A DNA stretch of 64,000 nt from NCBI GenBank assembly GCA_040954595.2, contig CM082586.2:3454349-3518348 (forward strand), written 5' to 3'. The notes under the pieces were generated by a model. The model was not told the DNA's origin. It ran no database searches and saw only the letters and a list, made by a program, of their open reading frames with translations. This stretch comes from Balanoglossus misakiensis (Eukaryota; Animalia; Hemichordata). Position numbers and translations under genes: made by a program. Every line of letters starts with the position of its first letter. Positions within the stretch are counted from its first letter, which is position 1. Below, piece after piece: positions 30,634 through 40,575 of the stretch.

Positions 30634-31348
30634 CTACAAAACCAACAAAAATACATGTAACTTTCATGTACAACTCATTTTCCACACGTCTAAATGAATA
30701 AAAAAAGTTTGAGGAACTCCCCCCACTCCATCCACCACTCAAAAAAAAAAAAAAGATTACTTCTGGTATAATTAATCTCACATTCTTTATTTTCAATCCC
30801 CCTTTCTGTGTTTCAAGACCAAACTTATGTCAGTACCATTTACATGCCAAGTTCTTTTCTCTTTCCTTAAAAAATTCAACAAAACAAGGAGCACTTACCT
30901 TTGAAGGAATGGTGTTGTTTCGGTCTTTCAAAGATGAACTGTGTAGATCTTCAGGGCAGCCGCAAAAATGGCACAACTGCTCCAATCTTCCATTTAATAC
31001 ACTTCAATCAACGCACTTAATTACCCTCGCAAAATGCACGGCGCAGCATCACCACCATCATCAAATGCACTATCACACCTCCTCTTTTCTACTTTGAAGA
31101 GGTCTGTATTTGCCATCAGTTTTTGTATGTGCTTATTTTATTTCAATATGAAACGGTCAGCCCATACGCTGATCAACTGATTCATATTTGCACAAGAAAT
31201 CAATGTATGACACACAACTATTATCTTGCATGGCTTACTTCCTCTGGTTATTGAAAGGAGACCATGAAAAGTCAAACAGTCTCACATTAACATCACTTTC
31301 AGTGACAGTTTCGCCATAAAAAAGTTTTAACAGCTTCTCTGTTATACT

Positions 31349-34300
31349 TTACCTATAAAAATAGTCACACATACCTTTAGCACCACTGGCTGCTCTAGGT
31401 TCCGTTGCAAACAGATCATCGCTTGGATCCGTCGTTATCTTTGTATCTTTGAATAAGTCTATATCATCATCGCCCTCATCCTCTCCAAACAAATTGCTGT
31501 CTCGATTAGACGACTCGTCTCTGAAGAGGGAGAAGGAATGAGTTTAGCAGAAAATTTCAAAATGGGATCTTTATATAAATGATGCCCTTTCACTGTCTTG
31601 GTAATGTGGTTAAAAGTCACCACCTTTAGACATAAGACTTTCTTTGCGTACTTTTGTTACCGTAGAGACATAACCTTTTTGAACCGAGCTTTGAAGAAAA
31701 CTTTCACACAGGATGCAGAGGTTTAATACACATGCCATTTGTTGATACAGCCCACAACAGTTGTTGTTTTGTTTTATTAGATATTCCATCCTGATACTTT
31801 GCATCATCATGTGTTTCTGCCATATTTGGGAGAGATTCTCCATCACTGCACTGGGTTTCTAAACTTGATACTCACTTTCGGACTTCATCTTCGGTATCCT
31901 TCGCCCCATCGTCCTTTTCGTCCTTGGCTTGCTTTTCATCCGTTGGTCTGATCTCCTTGCGAAACTTGCCAGCTTTGATGGGACTTACACCTTGAAATAA
32001 AAAAAATCAAGAAGTACAACTATTCAGTTTTGGCACAGATGTGAGACGTCATCCTTCACACTACATGAAAGTAGCAAATATAAAACAGATGTTTGATATA
32101 ATCATATTTATTTGTACTTTTCAATTGAAAACTATGTCAACACCAACAAACTGAAGACTATAGACGCAAAAATGGGTTCCCAGTAAATTCAATTGACATG
32201 ATCCTACAAGACTTCATTGCAAAGCAACAAAATACCAAATCTTCATCACATTCCATTGAACATGCACCTTTGCATCATTTTGCAAAAATCTTACCTAGAA
32301 ATTCAAGGCATGGAGCTGAAGTACATATCTTTGGGTTTTGCACTATGAACTTCATCAACTTTTCAAATATCTGTCTTCTCTGTTGAACAGTGTTAGTGTT
32401 TATCAGCAAGGTCTTCTTGGGTAAATCTGGCAGAATGGTCGCTGGAAACTTCTCGTCCAACGTTTTGTGTAGAACTTCAAAGTCGCTGTCCTTTTTGGGT
32501 ATCTGGATGAAACAAATGACAACTGTATAGTAATAATTAAACTTTACTGACAATTCAATTTATTTGTCATTATACAGTGGCGAGCCAAAAATGGAACCTG
32601 TTTTCTCAAGTGTATCATTATATTTTTCATGTTTTGATCTTCTGAATAAAACTTGACAATGGAAAACACACTTTTTTACCAAATCTTGGAGCTCTACTCT
32701 GCACTGTTTAGGGTTTGCTGCAGACAGCACCATCAAAAGTCAAAAGAAGTTCCAACACAAAACACAGACCACCAGTGACAGACAAACTTTCAAAATCATA
32801 AACCTACCATAAACTGCACAACATCACTTTCTTTGTGTTTTGCCGTCTTGAAATATGGCAGCCTCGACACGACAATGATGTGGAACTGGGTGGAGCCGCC
32901 CAGTATCATGCCTGGAATTTCTTCAAATTTGGGAATACTTATGTCGATCCCTGTCTCCCTGTTTTTTAATTCCCTAAGTAGAAGGAATAAATATTATCCA
33001 GTTTATTTCACCACAGTTATACGGACAAAAACATGAAATACACCTGTATCTCAGTCTGGCAGAAAAGTACTGACGTTCATTGCCATGGCAACAACACAGT
33101 AAACTAGTTGTTTCATTAGCCATGAATACTCTGCATATAAATTTGATCTATGCATTTCACACTGTCCTATTTTTTAATATACTTCATATCACAAACCAAA
33201 CTAATATGTAATGAATGCAGAGTTCCCATAACTATTGCCCCAGACTAAGGTTAGGCCAAAATTCGACCCCCCCCCCAAATAAAACAACAACAACAACAAC
33301 AAACACACAACTCAACAAAACTTTGATTCAACCAGGCAGTAACTTTTATTATATCAGCAGAGTATAATCAAGCAAGCTCTACAGAATACCATGTGTAATA
33401 CATGTAAGAAAATAAAAATAAAATAAAAATTGCTATATGTCCCCAAAAAAGACAATTGTGATGCCCCTGGACAATTTGGACTGTACTATTAACCACTGGG
33501 GAGGGGCAATGAGGCATGTGAGGGTGGTTTGTCAGCAGTGATCATAAAGGTGTGAAGACTTCAAAATGATGGGGCCATTAGTTCTTTCTGGTTTAAAATA
33601 CAGTCAGTTTATCAGTCAGCTTGGCCTTAATCCAGTTTCAAGACGAACAGCTGACTCAGTGATCAGTTTGGTCCATTCAAATACCATGGCTGTGTTCTTG
33701 CATTTATGCCTGACTCAAACAATCTGGCCCTCCCTACCAGATTAATGGTACAAGCTGGTTTCTGATTGGTCAAAAGCTTCTAAAGTTTTCAGAAGTTTGA
33801 CATCTCTACCATTTGGACTTTTAACACAGCCTGTATAAATGAGCCAAGCATTGCTATTGTTGACAAGTAAAATTCAGTTTTCAATAGTGCTATTGTTGAT
33901 AGCATAGAAACTGAATTCCAGACTAGAATTCATAAGTCAACAATAACAATTGTTGTCACACATATACAGGCAATGTTTACAAGCAGAACCAGGAATATGA
34001 TACTCTCACACAGGAAGTAAAAGAAAATATAAAGTTGATACACAGAACACAACACATACTGAAAAAGATACAGTTAAACATCCCTTTAACTTAAAGGAAG
34101 TAATAACACAAGTTTATTAATTACAAGTTGTGAATTCTTACATATTTTCCTTTATATTATAAATATCAAGTTAAACAGACAACAGTAAAAGATTTTCTTT
34201 CTTGTTAAGTTCATGGTTAATGATCATGATCCAAACTATTGTGTTCTTATCTGCAGTGGTAAATTCTAGGAAGCGGATGAGGATGTGGCATGGACTGAAA

Positions 34301-34912
34301 GCGCAGCTTTTCTCGGGGTTAGGGCGATTTAATAAGGTCATCTCGCGGTCACTGCCAACTTTGTCACAATGGATATGAAATCGAGACCGGCTTCACCGTC
34401 ACGTCACGCCTGTCACATGATAAAGCTATCCTTCCAAAACTATTTGGTATGATGCACCTTACATGTTTGTAATACTGGTGTGTTTGAAGCACACAAGACA
34501 AAAACTACATGCGCTCCGTTCGTTTACAACCATGATTCGAATGACAGGGAAAATTCTTCTAAGGAAAGACCTACGTGCCACGCCCCCTTCCGCAAATCGA
34601 GATGAAAAACTGATTGCACATATGTACAAACCCTTCCGTGCGGCCAAAACTTACAGAAATGCACCGTTCTGCGCAAGAAGCATCTTTCATACTCTCAACA
34701 GATTTGAAAATGCATTATTCCCTGTCATCGCTGACCATGAAAGCAGTGAAGTTTTATGAAGTATACGCATTACCAATCTGGGGGTCAACTAATGTCCATT
34801 TCAAACATTGCGCCCCAAGTCAGTGAACATTAATGTCAAACCATTACAAGCGTATAAGCCGAAGTTAAACTTATAGTTCATCTTACCGTGTTGTTACAAT
34901 AGGGGCAGCCAT
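31349..34912 (-). CDS. HS1BP3: HCLS1-binding protein 3-like PX-domain protein (5 coding exons found; 3' end uncertain)
   Basis: GT-AG exons join in frame: 34912-34887 (MAAPIVTTR), 32973-32808 (ELKNRETGIDISIP...IIVVSRLPYFKTAKHKESDVVQFM), 32502-32295 (IPKKDSDFEVLHKTL...LPDLPKK...QRRQIFEKLM...CLEFLG), 31990-31876 and 31520-31375 (acidic, DDLF motifs). This closely resembles the remembered human HS1BP3 PX region (VVTRLAAFKSAKHRPEDVVQFLVSKKYSE...LLEFLG). After 31375 the gene either splices on (GTATGT donor) or reads through to TAA at 31351-31349 (228 aa). Confidence 0.85.
33829..33971. repeat. Imperfect ~140 bp inverted repeat (fold-back, MITE-like relic) in HS1BP3 intron 1
   Basis: Nested arms: GCCTGTATA/TATACAGGC, TTGCTATTGTTGAC/GTCAACAATAACAA (13 of 14) and AATTCAGTTT/AAACTGAATT. 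Confidence 0.55.
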
Positions 34913-35300
34913 AGTACCATACACCAAGAAAGTGGCAGATATCGGTTAAGCTGCATATAATACGCTCGCATCCGGCATTCAGACTCTTGACCTTATATAC
35001 ATGTGCAGCCGGCCGGCCTTTCACAAAGTTTATTTTCATATACTTGACTTTAGGGCTCCCTAGCAGAAGGCGAGATTTAAAATCTTGCTTTTCTGTTTTC
35101 AGATACGCTATGAGTAAGCCTTTTAAATATAACCGACGTCTTAATTCATTAACCGACAGTTTTTGCCACTTTACGCCTTCGAACTTGCAGAAACAGCATA
35201 TTTTTTCAGTTTTTAATGTAGTATATTTTGTACAAGCTTAGAGTATCTTAACTTCCGGTATAATTTTTCCCAGGATACATCTGTTCTGCCCGGTGAAAAG
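34913..35300. promoter_or_regulatory. Bidirectional promoter HS1BP3 / UQCRB
   Basis: Only 388 bp separate the divergent ATGs. An ETS/GABP-type ACTTCCGG lies at 35251-35258 and a YY1-type AAGATGGCG at 35298-35306 overlaps the UQCRB start codon. CpG is locally retained. Confidence 0.7.
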
Positions 35301-36512
35301 ATGGCGTCGCGACGTGAGTACTTTATCAACCTTTCTGTTTTTAAACTCCTTCAAATGATCGGGTAATTCCTACAGTAGCGTCGTATTCTTAGATCTACAG
35401 TTTCAGTAATACATATTCTACAGTTTTTGTGTGGTTAAAGAATCGATCATCACCACTTGCGTCGACAGCGTAACAAAAATCTCTAGGCCGGCGTAACCGA
35501 ACCGGTTCAAGAACGTCATTACGCACGCACCGGCAACCGTTTCTTGTCCTACAAATTCATATTGTATGGTATGAGCAATAACATTTGCCAGTGTCTTCCG
35601 ATCTATCACAGGATTTGTAATGCTTGTGATATCATACCTAACAAACCAGTCGTTGTATCTTTGTAGCCGTGCTATCCCATTTTTCAAAGGAGTGTTGTTC
35701 TATCATGAGGTCAACGAATTTTGGGGTCACACACGTACACGTATACTGCCTGTATTACGGCGCTCTTAGTTTCATCAGGACGACACTTCTCTCTTTAGAC
35801 GCCAACATTTTACACTCTGGCTTTCTCTGTTTTCAGCACTGATGGGCTGGCTGTATAGAACCAAATTTTTTGTTGCACTTCAAAAATGGCATTACAGTGC
35901 AGCAGGATTTAATCAGCTGGGTGAGTATGAACTCTAGATGGTGATGCCCTGCTCTGTGAGGACTATTTTGTTTGTAGAAGACAAGTTATTATGAAGCACT
36001 ATGACTGATGATACATGGCTACTGTATTCCAGTTTCATGTATTACTTCAGGCTAGCAACCTGTTGCTATGGAAATGTATTACTCTACTATGATCACCCAG
36101 CAAGAAGAAAATCATCTATTGTAGCTTCAGTTGTGTTTTGTCATTCTGCCACTTCCAGGACTGCTGAGAGACGACATGATCAGAGAAACACCAGACGTGA
36201 AAGAAGCCATCAGACGTCTTCCAGAAGATGTGCAGATGGAGAGATTATTCCGTATTAAGAGAGCTCTGGACCTCTCGCTCAAACACAGAGTTTTACCAGA
36301 GGAACAGTGGACAAAGTTTGATGAGGTCAGTACTTCACATTCGTTTTTCTGTGAGGATTTGTTCAGTGTGAGCATATATGCACATGTTTTTAAACTGCAC
36401 ATTCTACACTAACCTTTCCTTGTTCTTGTAACAGGACAAACCGTACCTTGTCCCTGTCCTCGAAGAAGTGAGACGAGAGTGGAAAGAAATCAGCGAGTGG
36501 AACAAAATTTGA
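35301..36512 (+). CDS. UQCRB: Cytochrome b-c1 complex subunit 7 (ubiquinone-binding protein), 113 aa, 4 exons
   Basis: Exons 35301-35313, 35837-35920, 36159-36325 and 36435-36512 join in frame with GT-AG introns: [113 protein letters not shown]. Family hallmarks AAGFNxLGLxRDD, EAIRRLP and RALDLS are present. AATAAA lies at 36909-36914. Confidence 0.96.
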
Positions 36513-37534
36513 CCCAGCTTGTAGCAGAAATAGAGAACTGTGTGTGGTATTTTAGTGTGGACTATACTAATGACAAGAAGTACTGAGATGTGTTGACGTT
36601 GAACTTGTGCATGAACTGACAACATCTGGTAGATTTGTTCGATCAGTGTTTTTGCTGGGGACGGCCTGAACCTGTTACTGACACGGTCTGCTTTTATTCT
36701 GCATTTGCTATCTCTCGCATTGTGCGTACGTTCTCTTTTTAGCTGTACCAATTTGCCGTCCGTGGTAAAAACCTGACAGTTGTAAAGACTGAAGCTGTGT
36801 AAGTTGAAACTGATCAAGTTACGTTTGCATTATCAACTATTGTTTGTTCATTTCTGAATGAAAAATGTTCTGAGCAAGTTAGCTCACTGGAAGATTGTAA
36901 TTTATGCAAATAAAAAAAGTTTTCAATACTTTATCTGTGTCCTTTGTGTATGTCTTCCTTCAAATGGACAATGCATTTTTGTAAACTTCTTTGTTGTGTC
37001 AATGAAACAGATTCTAACAAACAATTCAAAATGTTACAATATTCCATGCATAAAAGATGGCAGCAGTCCTGACAAATTCAACAATAGGTTTTGCATTCAT
37101 CAAAACTTGATATGTTATTTTCTAACTTTCCCTTCCTCCAAAAGTAAATGAAACGATTAGTTGACACCATGGTGGTGCATGAATTAAATTCAATAAAATT
37201 ACACTTGCTGTCATAAACCCACATGATTAATAAAATCATAGTTTCCTTTAAATTACTATCACTTCTCAAACTGTCGGTACTTTCCATAGCGACATGGCAG
37301 CAGAAAAAACATTGCACATACAAATTTTCAAGAGTTACAAAGTTCGCCATACCCCTCATGACAAATTAAAAGTTAAAAAAATACATCATTCATATATTTT
37401 GCCTTCTAAGAAATAAAAATCATAAGTTGCACTTTATAGGTTAAACCAGCAATACTATCCAATAGTGTGTAAAAATGTCTTTGATTCGAAACTGAGCTTG
37501 CTACCAGTATGAAGATCTCAATATTACGGCAGCT

Positions 37535-39356
37535 TCAATCATCCTTGTCCTTGTCTTCATATAAGTCTTTGTCCTGGGCATCTATCCCAAAGTCAAAGAA
37601 GTCTTCAAGAGTGTTGTAGAGTTTTCTTGGAACAAATCTACAAGAAAAGTCATTGTCAATGACATCAAAACATTGAAGAAATATGGTGGAAAAAAATCAT
37701 TCAAGGCATGTCTTCAAAAAAGCTCTGATAACATACTCATTATGAAGTACAGTACAGCCTTCCTAAAGTACCAGAAAGTGAAGTTGTGAACTTACGGATT
37801 GATGAGGGCTGTGTAGAACTTAAGACTGTGTGGCAGCAGCACCTCTACCTTGTTCCTCAGAACAGCATCAACAACCTCGCTGGCGACGTAGTCAGGCTCC
37901 AATATTTGGTTCAATTTGGGGAACCTGGTGTGGTGGATATGATGTACAAGTTGAGATCAGAAATGATCAGAATTACAATCACTTTTTTTTCAGTTATGCA
38001 AAAAGATGAATGATCTCTGTATGGATAATTATGCTATCTGCCAATGGACAACTGTTCAACTCCAGAATAATGAAAGTGAAAAATATGCAAAAGTCTCAAC
38101 ATTATGAAAACGCTGCAAATTTGTGTCTTTTCTTCTACTCAAGGGTCCCTTATTTAGCCCACCATAATCCTCACATAACCTCCTGGCTTTGGGTTAATCC
38201 CCCATTGCTTTTAATGGTGAGGTTGTACCAATACACCAGGAGGTAGGGGTGAAAGCCACAAATGCAGCTCACCTGGCACGCGGATGTTTCGTCATTCCAG
38301 TGTCGACAAACAACGGACACACTGTTGTCGTGTGGATGCCATCCTTCTTCATTTCTCCAACCTCACGGGCCAGTGCTTCCGTGAAACCAACCACAGCAAA
38401 TTTGGATGCCGAGTAATCCACAAGTTTACCAGTGCCACGCTTCCCAGCCATCGACGCCATGGATACGATGTGTCCATGGTTCCGCTGCAGCATAGATGGT
38501 AGGAATGCCCTTACAGTCTACACAAGTGAACAAACAAGAAAACAAAGTTCTACATCACAGACTAGTTAGGGTTATCTGGATGGTCAGACGTCAAGGTCAT
38601 CTGATCAAAGGTTTATGCAAAGCTGATGCAAAGTTTGTGAAATTTGAACAGACATCTGACAATCCCTGGTTGTACACATTACACTAAATAGACACACCCC
38701 ATATCCATCCCCAACACACGTCCACGCTGTGTTTTCTGCAGGTCTAGCCTTGCCAGTCCCTTCAGCCCTTGGCCGTTCCTGACTTGCCAACACAAACAGC
38801 CAGGGACGTGCGTGAGGGGGTGTGGTGGGGTGCGGGGGTAAAGTACAGTCAGAGTGTTAGTTTCTGTTTTGAAACAAACATGCACCTCACACTCTCAACT
38901 TACCCAAAAGTGTGCCATAACATTGATGCTCATAAGTTTTTCTATTTGACTTTCTGAAAGTCGCAACAACTCAATGCCATGCAATATGCCAGCATTATTG
39001 ACAAGAATGTCCACATCACCAACTTCATGTTTGACTCTTTCTGCCACGTTGTTGATTTCTTCCTTATTGGCCAGGTCGACGGTGTAAGTGTGCACATGAG
39101 CGCCGATGGCTCTGATTTCAGCCGCTGTTTCAGCATTTCCAGACTCGTTGATATCCCACAAGACTAAATTTGCACCAGCCTTTGCAAATTCCAGTGCAAG
39201 AGATCGCCCGATGCCATGGCCTGCTCCAGTGACAAGGACCACTTCCCCTTCAATATCCTTCCTCTTCGGTGGCACGACAGCTCGAAACACCGCTTCCACA
39301 TACGCTAGTCCGATACGCAGAAAAAGAAGCGGGATTTCCCAGAGCAATTCAATCAT
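37535..39356 (-). CDS. Short-chain dehydrogenase/reductase, SDR16C family (epidermal retinol dehydrogenase 2 / RDH10 / HSD17B11-like), 309 aa, 4 exons
   Basis: Exons 39356-38904, 38517-38273, 37924-37796 and 37637-37535 join in frame. Features are an N-terminal hydrophobic anchor, Rossmann motif TGAGHGIG, LVLWDIN, DILVNNAG, NVMAHFW, GHIVSMASMAG, catalytic YSASK and TTVCPLFVDTGM, all typical of SDR16C. The exact paralogue cannot be resolved. Confidence 0.93.
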
Positions 39357-40038
39357 ATTTACTATGGTTTACGACAAAATAGTTGATAATAAATAAGACA
39401 CGTGTCGAACTAGCATTGACGGTCCAGGACGATCGCACGTCCGTCGACCCTCCATGTGTACACCGGTTCAGGGTTCAATCGGTCTCTGTGTTAAAGGTCA
39501 TCTTGGTCCTTCCAATAAACTAAAGGGGTGGTACGTTGGTTTATTTCCAGTTTTCTTAGATGTCGCATTTGTTTATACATTATTTCACTTGATGCATGTA
39601 AACATCTAGCATTTCACTTGCATTTCGCGTTGATAAGGAATCGCATTGACTGAAAATTTAAGTTACAGAGTCTACTGACTGTGGTCGTAAAAATGGTGTA
39701 AACCAACCCCAGTCCACAACTATCGTAAAACGTCACCGCTTGACCAATATATAACTATATTATATTTGCTGTACGTGTAAGACGTACAATAATGTGATAT
39801 CGAGAAACATAGTATAGACACACGAATTTAAATGACATTTTGATTTCAAGATTTATAAAAACTTTTGTTGGCTTGCAATTTCTGATTTACGATATCTCAG
39901 CCCGTAAAAGGGTAACTTAGGCATCAGGTCAAAGTTCATCAAGTTGTTATGGCGGTACTTTTGATTTTGTAAACGAGTCGTTTTCTTTTTTAGCCATCTA
40001 AGTGAGATCTAATTGGAGTTAACGGAATCGCCTGCCAG
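39357..40038. promoter_or_regulatory. Divergent promoter region SDR16C-like / RBBP8
   Basis: About 680 bp lie between the SDR ATG and the RBBP8 first-exon donor. It contains DR1 elements at 39465-39477 and 39926-39938 and an E2F-like TTTCGCG at 39623-39629. Confidence 0.6.
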
Positions 40039-40575
40039 GTAAGTTTGGTGGGGGTTACAAGCGTCCGGCTGGTAGATTAGATCTGTCGTCCTTTGAGCGT
40101 TTCCGCTTCTTTGCGTAGTTTCTTGATCTTGATGTGTAAGTTGTATGTTGTCATTGATGACGTTGCCATGGTTGTTGTTAGCTGGATCGCGCTGATGGCC
40201 CCACCAACGCGATCCAGCCACCCACCCAACCCACCAAGGCTACAATTATTGCAGCTAGGTTGATGTTGGCCATTTGGACAACATGTATGTGGTAATAGCG
40301 TTGGCCAATGCAGCAGTGCCACTTTCTCGTATGTTGTTGGGCATAGGACTACGGGCCAGCAAGATTCAACGCCTGCACAAGTGACGATCTGCAGTCCGCA
40401 ACTTTCTACTGTGTATATGACCATCTCCACATGGCTTGACAGTAACTTTTTTTTATTAAATGTTGTGTTGCAAATTGATATAATTGTCAAACATAATACT
40501 TGTAGCTGATAGTAATGGACACTCCATTGTTTGATCGTGATATCTTTTTTACAGGTGTAGTGCGCGACTAGAAGG

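Noticed and set aside
31020-31103. Possible HS1BP3 terminal exon DLFKVEKRR...G*
   Set aside because: It is phase-compatible and DLFKVE resembles a human motif, but the acceptor has no pyrimidine tract and the rest is not HS1BP3-like. Not supported enough to call.
35921-36158. Intronic C/D snoRNA in UQCRB intron 2
   Set aside because: A TGATGA box-C-like motif is present, but there is no downstream CTGA D box or terminal stem.
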